Origin: Escherichia coli
GTDB taxonomy: Bacteria; Pseudomonadota; Gammaproteobacteria; Enterobacterales; Enterobacteriaceae
Length of the DNA: 64,000 nucleotides
NCBI RefSeq assembly: GCF_041248615.1
Contig: NZ_CP158426.1
Direction: 5' to 3' (one strand)
The notes under the pieces: model-generated
Told to the model about the DNA's origin: nothing
The model's database searches: none
What the model saw: the letters and a program-made list of their open reading frames with translations, nothing else
In this document: positions 9,990 to 19,080 of the stretch, piece by piece
Position numbering within the stretch: the first letter of the stretch is position 1
Layout of the letters: every line of letters starts with the position of its first letter
Program-made: the position numbers and the translations under genes

Positions 9990-10727
9990 ATGAGTTTTCA
10001 ATTTTGCAGGCGGAAGTTGTTCTTCCTCCTGGTGCTGGCCTTACCGGGCTACGCCGCCGTCCACCCCGTGCAACACAGCGCGCGGGAACAAGTCAACGCC
10101 CAGGTGCTGAATGCCGCGAGCCAGGAAATTGAATCGATGGCGCAGCAACGGCAGTGGCATGACTATCGCTACACCTTTAAGGTCTACATTCCCTCGCAGA
10201 TTGCGACCGCCGCCCCCTGTGCGACAACACCCGGCGTTACGCTCACTTCGCCTGCGGACATCGCCCTCAACCGGATGAACTTCACCGTCAGTTGCCCGCA
10301 AAGCTGGCAGATGAACGTGGCGGTGCGCCCGGATGTACTGGTGCCCGTGGTGATGACAAAGTCACTGGTTGCCCGCGATACGCCGCTCACGGCGAATGAT
10401 GTGGAGTTGAAGCCCTACAACTTCAGCGCCCAGCGGCGGGATGTGTTGATGGAGCTCGATGACGCAATTGGTTTAAGCAGTAAGCACGCGTTGCAACCGG
10501 GCAGGCCCATCACCAAAGAAGAGCTGGTTTCGCCAGTGCTGGTCGAACGCGATCAGCCGGTGATGATTGTTTACCAGAGCGCGGGGATCACCGCCTCGAT
10601 GCCCGGCGTGGCGCTGAAAAATGGCCGCAAAGGCGAGATGGTGAAAGTACGTAACGCAAGCAGCCAGCGGGTCATCAGCGCGATGGTGGCAGAAAGCGGC
10701 GTGGTGACGACGGTAAGCGCGGAGTAA
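9990..10727 (+). CDS. lfgA: Flagellar P-ring assembly chaperone FlgA-like
   Basis: 245 aa, signal peptide, divergent from flgB as in flagellar loci; moderate family resemblance. Confidence 0.75.
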   Translation: MSFQFCRRKLFFLLVLALPGYAAVHPVQHSAREQVNAQVLNAASQEIESMAQQRQWHDYRYTFKVYIPSQIATAAPCATTPGVTLTSPADIALNRMNFTVSCPQSWQMNVAVRPDVLVPVVMTKSLVARDTPLTANDVELKPYNFSAQRRDVLMELDDAIGLSSKHALQPGRPITKEELVSPVLVERDQPVMIVYQSAGITASMPGVALKNGRKGEMVKVRNASSQRVISAMVAESGVVTTVSAE

Positions 10728-10914
10728 TTTGCTGTAATACCGCGTAGCATATGTATGACTAGCTCCCAATATTCTGACTTTCTGACAAATTTCATTGTGT
10801 ATTTTGGATAATTATTGAGCACTCAATCACTACTGTTTAAATATCCAGATGATAACTATTTCATCTGGGTCAAATGAGTGATATTGTATCACCAATAAGA
10901 CCTACGGGGGTGCT

Positions 10915-12339
10915 ATGTCTGAATTTGAATTGCTCGTGAAAGATCTTCTTTTAAAATCAGAAGAAGACGAGAAAAAGCGACAAGAAAAAGATCGAGAATT
11001 AATTTCAAAGGTTCTTGAAATCTATGATCAAAAATATGTTGCAGAACTCCTACGAAAAGTAGGAAAAAATGAATGGAGCAGAGAAACACTTAACCGTTGG
11101 ATAAATGGTAAGTGTAACCCTAAACAATTAACTTCTGCTGAGGAAACTTTACTTCGAAAGATGCTCCCAGAACCTCCCGAACATCATCCTAACTATACAT
11201 TTCGTTTTATTGATTTATTCGCAGGGATTGGTGGTATTCGTAAAGGCTTCGAAAATATTGGTGGGCAGTGTGTTTTTACTAGCGAATGGAATAAAGAAGC
11301 GGTAAGAACCTACAAAGCTAATTGGTTTAATGATGAACTAAATCATAAATTTAATCTTGATATACGAGAAGTCACTTTAAGTGATAGAGATGATGTTTCC
11401 GAAATGGAAGCCTATAATCATATAGACAAAAATATTCCAGATCATGATGTCCTTCTGGCCGGTTTTCCATGTCAACCCTTTAGTCTGGCTGGGGTAAGCA
11501 AGAAAAATTCTCTGGGGCGTGCACATGGTTTTGAATGTGAGGCACAAGGAACACTATTTTTTGATGTCGCTCGAATTATTAAATCAAAAAAACCAGCTAT
11601 TTTTGTGCTTGAGAATGTGAAGAACCTTAAAAGTCATGATAAAGGTAAGACTTTTAAAGTCATCATGGAAACACTCAATGAATTAGGGTATGAAGTCGCC
11701 GATGCTGGTGTGACTGGCTCAGATGATCCTAAAATTATAGATGGAAAACATTTTTTACCCCAACATCGTGAGCGTATAGTGTTGGTAGGATTTCGTAGGG
11801 ATCTAAATATTCACAAGGATTTCACGTTACGAAATATTAACCGCTTTTACCCTCAAAACAGGCCAACATTTGGTGAATTATTAGATCATGATGTTGACGA
11901 CAAATATATTTTGACTCCAAGGTTATGGGAATATCTTTACAATTATGCAAAAAAACATGCAGCAAAAGGAAATGGATTTGGTTTTGGTTTAGTGGATCCT
12001 AAAAATCCAGATAGTATCGCACGAACGCTGTCTGCTCGTTACCATAAAGATGGCTCTGAAATACTGATCGATCGTGGCTGGGATAAGGCTGTCGGTGAAA
12101 TCGATTTTAGTAATCCAGCGAATCAAGAGAATCGACCAAGAAGACTGACACCTCATGAATGTGCCAGGTTAATGGGTTTTGAAAAACCAGGGGGAAGACC
12201 TTTTAGAATACCTGTATCAGATACTCAAGCTTATAGACAATTTGGGAACTCAGTTGTTGTGCCAGTATTTGAAGCTGTAGCAAGATTACTAGAACCGTAC
12301 ATACAAAAGGCTGTCAGCATGCAAGTTATTAACGATTAA
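10915..12339 (+). CDS. DNA cytosine-5 methyltransferase, Dcm/M.EcoRII family (predicted CCWGG specificity)
   Basis: 474 aa; motif I FAGIGG, motif IV PCQPFS, ENV, QFGNSV; near-collinear with M.EcoRII/Dcm as recalled; gene is AT-rich unlike flanks. Confidence 0.9.
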   Translation: MSEFELLVKDLLLKSEEDEKKRQEKDRELISKVLEIYDQKYVAELLRKVGKNEWSRETLNRWINGKCNPKQLTSAEETLLRKMLPEPPEHHPNYTFRFIDLFAGIGGIRKGFENIGGQCVFTSEWNKEAVRTYKANWFNDELNHKFNLDIREVTLSDRDDVSEMEAYNHIDKNIPDHDVLLAGFPCQPFSLAGVSKKNSLGRAHGFECEAQGTLFFDVARIIKSKKPAIFVLENVKNLKSHDKGKTFKVIMETLNELGYEVADAGVTGSDDPKIIDGKHFLPQHRERIVLVGFRRDLNIHKDFTLRNINRFYPQNRPTFGELLDHDVDDKYILTPRLWEYLYNYAKKHAAKGNGFGFGLVDPKNPDSIARTLSARYHKDGSEILIDRGWDKAVGEIDFSNPANQENRPRRLTPHECARLMGFEKPGGRPFRIPVSDTQAYRQFGNSVVVPVFEAVARLLEPYIQKAVSMQVIND

Positions 12340-12362
12340 TAATAATTAACTTTCACTATTGT

Positions 12363-12386
12363 GAGGCCTTTTTTATTAAAGGCCTC
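12363..12386. terminator. Hairpin between convergent methyltransferase and endonuclease genes (candidate bidirectional terminator)
   Basis: gaggccttt-tttatt-aaaggcctc perfect 9-bp stem in AT-rich context. Confidence 0.4.
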
Positions 12387-12426
12387 TAAATATATAATCA
12401 TAAGTTATTATAAGTATACTTTTATA

Positions 12427-13632
12427 TTATACAAAATCTTCATACAGCGTTATTAACTGTGTGATAAAACCCTCTAACGTTAATAATCCCTCCCTGATTT
12501 CCTCCGGATATTTTTTATGAAGAGGGGAAGGTACAACCAAGGTGACACCTTCAGCTCTCATTTCGTTAAATTGAGCAACTGAGACACCCTCTTGTAAGGT
12601 AAACAAATATATTTTGTTGATTTTATTTGCTTCATTGAGTGCCTGACGCCACCGATCCTTACATGTTGTTTTTACAGCAAGCATACGGAGTTTTTCTCTT
12701 GGAAAGTGATCATCATGGTAAGCTGCCGCTGATGGAAAAAGAAAATCGGGTTTCTTTTTTCCTTCAGTAATACATTGAGTAGCAAAATGATGCAGTCCAT
12801 GCTCAATAAAAATTTGCTCAAGATGTAGCTCCAGTGATTTCCCGGCTCGAGATTTTCTTCGATTACTAACAGAGTTAGCCATAGCTATAAAATCATCTAC
12901 AGAACCAAACCCTTGACGGATGATGTCCAGTACGTGAATTTCTTCAACCATTAGAAAGAGATCATATTCAATACGGCGGCGTTCTAAAAGTTGGTCATCT
13001 GGACTGGTTACGCCTGTTGGGTAATAACCCGCAGCATATTGAATAATCTCTAAGCCAGAAGGAAAGCTATGTTTCCAGCTTTCCGGAATAACATATTCCT
13101 TTTGAGAGATTTTTGGCCTTGATGCGAGTACACCAAGTATTTCACTGGCAGGCCCAAACATTAAAGTTCCAGGAATGATCTCCCCAATAGCTGATTCCAG
13201 TACATCCTCTTCTTCTGGGCTAACACAAACCCATACATCAACACTTTTGCTGTCTCTCCCTGGCTCATGTTCAAACGCAAGCACAGACAAAGCACCTGTA
13301 TTTTCCGGATCCTGTAGGGGACTGCCAGCCCCCCACCGAGTGATGCGTTTTTCATTTCTTGTTTGCCCGAAATACTTATTATTGTAGTAAATAGCGCGAA
13401 CCTCACTGTCTACACATTCATGAGAGGAATAAGTTGCGCGCAATAAAACCGAAGGATTTTTTTCTGACGTATGATCTATAGATGGGAAAAGTTCAGCGAC
13501 GATACCAGAAGGGATATATACCCCCACTTGATGCCCTCCTGTTGCACCAGTGTCGTTTGCTGAAAGACGTTTAATATAGAGATAGTTGTTACCACCGACC
13601 TTATCAAGCAGCCAATCTTGTAATCCTGACAT
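12427..13632 (-). CDS. Type II restriction endonuclease, EcoRII-like
   Basis: 401 aa; N-terminal YIKRLSANDTGATGGHQVGVYIPSGI and overall layout match EcoRII as recalled; convergent with the MTase; AT-rich. Confidence 0.75.
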   Translation of the reverse strand: MSGLQDWLLDKVGGNNYLYIKRLSANDTGATGGHQVGVYIPSGIVAELFPSIDHTSEKNPSVLLRATYSSHECVDSEVRAIYYNNKYFGQTRNEKRITRWGAGSPLQDPENTGALSVLAFEHEPGRDSKSVDVWVCVSPEEEDVLESAIGEIIPGTLMFGPASEILGVLASRPKISQKEYVIPESWKHSFPSGLEIIQYAAGYYPTGVTSPDDQLLERRRIEYDLFLMVEEIHVLDIIRQGFGSVDDFIAMANSVSNRRKSRAGKSLELHLEQIFIEHGLHHFATQCITEGKKKPDFLFPSAAAYHDDHFPREKLRMLAVKTTCKDRWRQALNEANKINKIYLFTLQEGVSVAQFNEMRAEGVTLVVPSPLHKKYPEEIREGLLTLEGFITQLITLYEDFV

Positions 13633-13804
13633 AAGACATCCTTATTTTTGCATAGTATCCGATTCAGATTTTTCCACATATCCATCAGAACGACCAGAAC
13701 CAACATATCTGAACAAAAAGTAAATATGCGATAACGATTAAAGTTTTGCCGCCTGTTAACCGCTTTACCGGAGTAACCCACCTAAATACCGAGACGAGGT
13801 TGCG

Positions 13805-14080
13805 ATGAAAATCACCCCGACTATGCCAGGCAATCGCCCGACAGTCACAACGGCAGGCTCCAGCCAGCCGCGCAAAGGCACGGCGACCACCACGACGCTA
13901 AGCGCCGACGACATTACCCAGGCGGGATTGCAGTCTGCCCAGCAAACACTGAACGACCAGCAAGAGAGCGATATCGACAGCGATAAAGTGGCGCAAATGC
14001 AGGCGATGCTGGCCTCCGGCAGCCTGCAAGTGGACACCGAACAGTTAGCCAGCGACATGCTGAGTTTTTTCCAGAACTAA
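13805..14080 (+). CDS. lfgM: Anti-sigma-28 factor FlgM-like
   Basis: 91 aa; C-terminal pattern (IDSDKVAQMQAMLASGSLQVDTEQLASDML) typical of FlgM. Confidence 0.8.
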   Translation: MKITPTMPGNRPTVTTAGSSQPRKGTATTTTLSADDITQAGLQSAQQTLNDQQESDIDSDKVAQMQAMLASGSLQVDTEQLASDMLSFFQN

Positions 14081-14092
14081 GAGGCCGATGAA

Positions 14093-14521
14093 GTGAGTAT
14101 CCGGTTACAACAGGTGAAGGCGTTGTTGCAGGGAATTCGTGACGATGACGCGCTGTATGATTCCCTGCGCGAACTTCTCCAGCGTCAGCGGATCTGCATG
14201 ATTCGCCGCGCCAGCGAAGAGCTGCTGGCGGTAAACGAGGAGATAACCCATCACTATGAGCAGTTGCATGGGCATAGCCATCAGCGGCACAGCCTGCTGA
14301 AAATGCTTAATGTCAGTGTAAATCGTGACGGTCTGGCGCAGGTTTTTGCCTGGCTTCCGGCGGTACAAAAAGCGGCAGCACAACAGTTGTGGCAACGCCT
14401 TGAGCAAAAAGCGGAACGCTGCAAAGCCTACAACGACAAAAACGGCGAGCTGTTGATTCGCCAGTATGAATTTATTCAGTCTTTTTTAGGTAGCGAAGCA
14501 GATTTTCTCTATCAGGAATAA
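14093..14521 (+). CDS. lfgN: Flagellar export chaperone FlgN-like
   Basis: 142 aa helical protein directly downstream of flgM; weak but consistent family resemblance. Confidence 0.65.
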   Translation: MSIRLQQVKALLQGIRDDDALYDSLRELLQRQRICMIRRASEELLAVNEEITHHYEQLHGHSHQRHSLLKMLNVSVNRDGLAQVFAWLPAVQKAAAQQLWQRLEQKAERCKAYNDKNGELLIRQYEFIQSFLGSEADFLYQE

Positions 14522-14597
14522 CGCGAATACCTTCCCCATAGCGGAAATGGATTTTCCGCCTGATTCACAATCCTTTGTTTTTGATTATAAAAATTCC

Positions 14598-14613
14598 CGG
14601 CACGCTTATTGCA
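14598..14613 (+). promoter_or_regulatory. sigma-54 (-24/-12) promoter upstream of hypothetical/glycosyltransferase operon
   Basis: cGGCACGcttaTTGCA, 15/16 match to TGGCACG-N4-TTGCA, 35 nt upstream of ATG at 14648. Confidence 0.55.
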
Positions 14614-14647
14614 CATTCCGCAAAGTAATAAAGACTGGAAGCCACCT

Positions 14648-15580
14648 ATGAGTTTTATTGAATGTTACGAACCGGAATACGTGCGCAATTTTATGACGCA
14701 ATATCCCGATTCGCCTTTGTACATCCGCAAGGTGTGGAAAAACGAGATTCGCCAGAGCCTGATGCTGACAGAGCCAGAAAGCTGCGAAGCGGTGCTCAAC
14801 GATGCCAGGGCCTTTGATTTACAGCTCACCTACCGCCCGGCGGAAGATAATGCCGCAGAACTCTCCGCGCGCGATGCGATAGTAAACCAGGTCATTTTGA
14901 GCACCCTTACGCTCCCCGATTTACCCCCGGAGCTTTCACTGTACGCCGTCGGGATTTTGCTCTCCCGCGCCAGCAAAATGCCGGGCAGAGACGGAGATAT
15001 TCTTGCCCGCTTGACGACGCTGCCACAGGCGCTGGCCGATCATGCACAAAAAGGCACGCTACAGGCACAGTTCGCCCAGCTGCCGCCCGTGCCACAGCTG
15101 GCGCGCCAGTTGATGACGCTGCTCGGCAGTTGTGCGTTTGACTGGTCGATTCTGCCGGAAAGCCCGCGCAAAACTTCGCTGCCGTTGCAGATGCCTTTGC
15201 TGGCGCTACATGACGCCAACAGCGAAGCCCTGTTACAACAGCAGCTTCAGGCACAGTGGCAAACCACCTGGCAACAGCATTTTGCCACCGCGCCCTGGAT
15301 GATGCGTAACTGGCTGATTTACCGCGTTTACCATGAGGTGATTGGGCAGGCAGACGGAGCAGATTATTGCCCGCTGGTGTGCGATTTTTATCTTATCCGC
15401 ACGTTAATCAGTTTATGGACGCTGGATGGTTCTCCGCTGCGACAGGAGGATATTTTCGCCCTCTTTGCCATGTTTGAACGCTGGCGAGCCAGTGAAAATG
15501 CTGTGCTGATTCGCCAACAAATTCAGGCTGAACGTTCCGCAGATCCCCTGCTTTATGCGTTTTCACTGCTGTCTTGCTAA
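14648..15580 (+). CDS. Hypothetical protein (Flag-2 associated, family not recognised)
   Basis: Long ORF with ATG at 14648 downstream of the sigma-54 promoter; ORF-track start 14609 is a TTG inside the promoter. Confidence 0.6.
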   Translation: MSFIECYEPEYVRNFMTQYPDSPLYIRKVWKNEIRQSLMLTEPESCEAVLNDARAFDLQLTYRPAEDNAAELSARDAIVNQVILSTLTLPDLPPELSLYAVGILLSRASKMPGRDGDILARLTTLPQALADHAQKGTLQAQFAQLPPVPQLARQLMTLLGSCAFDWSILPESPRKTSLPLQMPLLALHDANSEALLQQQLQAQWQTTWQQHFATAPWMMRNWLIYRVYHEVIGQADGADYCPLVCDFYLIRTLISLWTLDGSPLRQEDIFALFAMFERWRASENAVLIRQQIQAERSADPLLYAFSLLSC

Positions 15581-15626
15581 CGCTTTTTGGCCGGTTTTCC
15601 CGGCCTTATCGACTTCGTAAACTATC

Positions 15627-18092
15627 ATGCAAACCCTCATCAAAACACTCGCCACCCAGCGCGAAAAACCGTTCGTCAGCGTCGTCACGCCCACATGGAA
15701 CCGTAGCGCATTCCTGCCGTACCTGCTCTATATGTACCGCTATCAGGACTACCCGGCAGACCGCCGCGAACTGGTCATCCTCGACGACTCGCCGCAAAGC
15801 CATCAGCACATCATCGACCGTTTGACCGATGGCACGCCGGAAGCCTTTAACATCCGCTACATCCATCATCAGGAAAGACTGCCGCTGGGCAAAAAACGCA
15901 ACATGCTCAATGAACTGGCAGTGGGGGAATATATCCTCTGCATGGATGACGACGACTACTACCCGGCAGATAAAATCTCTTACACCATCGCCATAATGCA
16001 AAAACACCGGGCGCTCATCTCCGGTTCCGACCAGATCCCCATCTGGTACAGCCACATCAATCGCATCTTCCAAAGCCGCAGCTTTGGCTCACATAACATC
16101 CTCAACGGCACCTTTTGCTATCACCGTAACTACCTGAAAAAGCACCGTTACGACGATGATTGTAATTTAGGCGAAGAGAAAAGTTTCACCAACAATTTCA
16201 GCGTTAACCCGCTACAACTGCCCGGCGAGCGCACGATTTTGTGTATCTCGCATAGCCACAACACCTTTGATAAAGACTTTATTCTCGGGGCCAGCACGCC
16301 AGTAAACGCGGCGCTTACGGATATCGTCCGCGATCCGCTGCTCCGCAACGCCTATCTGAGTCTGCATAACGCCACTCATCACCAGGCGATCAACCATCAG
16401 GCGATCGATCAGGTCGTACTGATCAATCTGGATAAACGCCCGGATCGCTTACAACAGATCCGTGAAGAACTGGCATTGCTGCATATTCCACCTGAGAAGA
16501 TCACCCGCCTTGCCGCCAGTGAAGATCAAAACGGCCAACGGGGACGACGCCAGTCGCACTTGCAGGCGCTGCGCCTGGCGCAACAGCACGGCTGGCAAAA
16601 CTACCTGCTGCTGGAAGATGACGCGGTTATTCTCAAGCAGGAAAAACATATTCAGGTACTGAACACGCTGCTGGCGAGCCTGGCGAAAATTCCCTGGCAG
16701 GTGATGATCCTTGGCGGCGAAATTTCGCAGGGAACGATGCTAAAAAGTTTGCCGGGGCTGGTGCACGCGCGGGACTGCCGCAAGGTGTGCGCTTATCTGG
16801 TGAACAGCCGCTACTACCCGCAACTGGCGCAGCAGATGAGCAACGATGAGCACTCGCTGGAAGAGTGCTGGCAGCCGCTGCTACACGCCGACAAATGGCT
16901 GGCCTGTTACCCGAGCCTTTGTTACCAGCGACCGGGCTTTAGTGATATCGAGAAAAAAACGACTGACAACATTGCTCACTATTTCAATAAGTTACCCGTA
17001 GCCACCAAGCCATCTACATTACCCATCGCCGATACCATCGGCTTTTTTATGGAAACCTCATTCCACTACGCGCTCTACCGCCCAATCATCACCGCTCTGC
17101 AGGCGCAGGGGCAGAGCTGTACGCTGGTGATCAATGACCGCGTATTTAAACCATTTCTGGATGAAATGCTGGCGACGCTAAAAAGCATTGACGATCCGCA
17201 GCTCAAAGGTATGCGCTTATCTGAAATGCAGGCGCACGGTCAGCGGGTAAAATGCCTGGTCAGCCCCTATCACACGCCCGCGCTCAGTGGCCTGGCAGCG
17301 GTGAACGTCCGCGCCATGTACGGCTTAGCCAAAGAGGCGTGGAACCACGCCGACTGGAATCGTTTTTACCAACGCATTTTGTGTTATAGCCACTACAGCC
17401 AGCAGACACTGGCGCATTTCGGTAGCGCAAAAGTGGTCGGCAATCCACGTTTCGACGCCTGGCATAACGGCACGTTTGCCCGCACTCTGCCGGAAAATAT
17501 TCAACCCGATTCCCGTAAACCTACGGTGCTCTACGCCCCCACGTTTGGCGCATTAAGCTCCCTGCCCCACTGGGCAGAAAAATTGGGGCGCTTAAGCGGT
17601 GATGTGAACCTGATTTGCAAACTGCACCACGGCACCTGCTCGCGCCCGGAAGAAGCTGCATCGCTGGCACTGGCGCGCAGGCATTTAAAACAGCGCACCG
17701 ACTCCGCCCGCCACACGCTGGCGCTACTGGCAAAGGCCGATTACGTGCTGACCGATAACAGCGGCTTTATTTTCGATGCTATCCACGTTGATAAGCGGGT
17801 GATCCTGCTCGACTTTCCGGGCATGAGTGAATTACTCGAAGGCGAGAAAAGCTACTCCACGCCGGAGAGCGCCGATCAGCAAATCCGCGAAATATTGCCG
17901 GTGGCTCATGATATGGCAGAGTTGCGTTACTTGTTGTCAGAGGCGTTTGACTGGGGGGCGGTGCAGGCGCGGCTTACGAAGATTCGTCATCACTATTGCG
18001 ATGCGTTTATGGATGGCAAGGCGGGAGAACGGGCGGCGATGGTGATTGTGGAGGCGCTGGCGGACAAGGAATCGTCAGGGATATGTCGATAA
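15627..18092 (+). CDS. Multidomain glycosyltransferase: N-terminal GT2-like, central GT25-like, C-terminal CDP-glycerol glycerophosphotransferase (TagB/TagF)-like
   Basis: 821 aa; GT2-type start (VSVVTPTWNRSAF..DD..DDDD), GT25-like VLINLDKRPDRL, TagF-like VLYAPTFG and LHHGT motifs. Confidence 0.75.
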   Translation: MQTLIKTLATQREKPFVSVVTPTWNRSAFLPYLLYMYRYQDYPADRRELVILDDSPQSHQHIIDRLTDGTPEAFNIRYIHHQERLPLGKKRNMLNELAVGEYILCMDDDDYYPADKISYTIAIMQKHRALISGSDQIPIWYSHINRIFQSRSFGSHNILNGTFCYHRNYLKKHRYDDDCNLGEEKSFTNNFSVNPLQLPGERTILCISHSHNTFDKDFILGASTPVNAALTDIVRDPLLRNAYLSLHNATHHQAINHQAIDQVVLINLDKRPDRLQQIREELALLHIPPEKITRLAASEDQNGQRGRRQSHLQALRLAQQHGWQNYLLLEDDAVILKQEKHIQVLNTLLASLAKIPWQVMILGGEISQGTMLKSLPGLVHARDCRKVCAYLVNSRYYPQLAQQMSNDEHSLEECWQPLLHADKWLACYPSLCYQRPGFSDIEKKTTDNIAHYFNKLPVATKPSTLPIADTIGFFMETSFHYALYRPIITALQAQGQSCTLVINDRVFKPFLDEMLATLKSIDDPQLKGMRLSEMQAHGQRVKCLVSPYHTPALSGLAAVNVRAMYGLAKEAWNHADWNRFYQRILCYSHYSQQTLAHFGSAKVVGNPRFDAWHNGTFARTLPENIQPDSRKPTVLYAPTFGALSSLPHWAEKLGRLSGDVNLICKLHHGTCSRPEEAASLALARRHLKQRTDSARHTLALLAKADYVLTDNSGFIFDAIHVDKRVILLDFPGMSELLEGEKSYSTPESADQQIREILPVAHDMAELRYLLSEAFDWGAVQARLTKIRHHYCDAFMDGKAGERAAMVIVEALADKESSGICR

Positions 18093-18184
18093 AATTCGAT
18101 TTTTTAAACATGTCGTTGGAATACGTTTATGCCATCGACATGTTTTAGGGATATGTCGAAAAAACGCGATTATTTAAACATATT
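18078..18184. repeat. Imperfect direct repeat pair (~38 bp) with internal hairpin at a convergent gene junction
   Basis: gggatatgtcga(t/a)aaaa..cgatt.tttaaacat twice; inverted arms aaacatgtcg / cgacatgttt. Confidence 0.3.
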
Positions 18185-18236
18185 TAACATAGCCAAACGG
18201 CAGACGGCATCATCTTCTCTCACTACGGGAATTAAA

Positions 18237-18641
18237 TCAGTAGGTGGCTGATTTACCCCTAATCACCTCAATAATCCCCGTCGTCGATACCGACGGCGTA
18301 CGGGGAAAATAGACCACCTCACAGACACACGAGAAATCGTCAAACTTCCCTGCCCAGTCATCACCCATCACTAAAATATCCGCACCGTACCCCCGCAAAT
18401 ACTCCGCTTTCTGCTCCAGCGATTCCTCCAGAAATACGCCATCCACGCACGCCAGCCCGGCGATAATCGCCATGCGGTCATCCTGATGGTAAACCGGTGC
18501 CCTGCCCTTTTTGGCGATGTTCAGGGCGTCGGACGATACGCCGACCAGCAGCCGCTCGCCCAGCTTGCGGGCGCGTTGTAAAAGGCGCAGATGACCGACG
18601 TGAAACACATCGAAGGTGCCGAAGGTGATGACCGTTTTCAT
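18237..18641 (-). CDS. Glycerol-3-phosphate cytidylyltransferase (TagD-like)
   Basis: MKTVITFGTFDVFHVGHLRLL (HxGH), DDWAG, EVVYFPRTPSVSTT, near-collinear with TagD as recalled; start set to ATG 18641 (GGAG upstream, abuts fliJ stop). Confidence 0.8.
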   Translation of the reverse strand: MKTVITFGTFDVFHVGHLRLLQRARKLGERLLVGVSSDALNIAKKGRAPVYHQDDRMAIIAGLACVDGVFLEESLEQKAEYLRGYGADILVMGDDWAGKFDDFSCVCEVVYFPRTPSVSTTGIIEVIRGKSATY

Positions 18642-18643
18642 CG

Positions 18644-19078
18644 CTACTCCGCTAATTTGTGCCGCAACCAGCACTGAACGGCGATGTCATCCACCGCTTT
18701 CTGCGCTTTCGCCGTGGCGCTTTCCTGCTGCTCGCGGCGTTTGTCGTCCAGCGTCAGGGCCACCACTTTCTCTTCGCACGCCGCCGCCGTCAGGTTTTTC
18801 TGCATTCGCGTGGCTTTGATGTTAGCCAGCGTTTTTTCCTGTTCCTGCCAGGCGATTACCTTGCGCAAAGTACCTTTGTAGCCGCTGACATTTTTCAGCG
18901 ATTCCACCGATGCCGCCGCGCCCGCAGACGTTTTCTCCACCAGGTAGCCTAATGCTTTGATATTGTTGTCATAGCCCGCACAAATCTGTTTTTGCTTTGC
19001 CAGCTCGACGGTTTTGTCTTTGACCGATTTATCCCGCAGGCGCTGCAACTGCGCCAGGGTGTCGATGATTTGTCGCAT
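18644..19078 (-). CDS. lfiJ: Flagellar export protein FliJ-like
   Basis: 144 aa coiled-coil protein immediately downstream of fliI. Confidence 0.7.
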   Translation of the reverse strand: MRQIIDTLAQLQRLRDKSVKDKTVELAKQKQICAGYDNNIKALGYLVEKTSAGAAASVESLKNVSGYKGTLRKVIAWQEQEKTLANIKATRMQKNLTAAACEEKVVALTLDDKRREQQESATAKAQKAVDDIAVQCWLRHKLAE

Positions 19079-19080
19079 AG

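Noticed and set aside
13739-13765. Possible sigma-28 (FliA-type) promoter upstream of lfgM
   Set aside because: TAAAGTTT is a perfect -35 element, but no GCCGATAA-like -10 is present at the expected 11-bp spacing, so the call is not supported from sequence alone
18642-18674. Longer N-terminus for the TagD-like gene (ORF-track start 18674)
   Set aside because: The extension overlaps the fliJ 3' end, and the conserved cytidylyltransferase N-terminus begins at MKTVITFGTFD with a GGAG RBS
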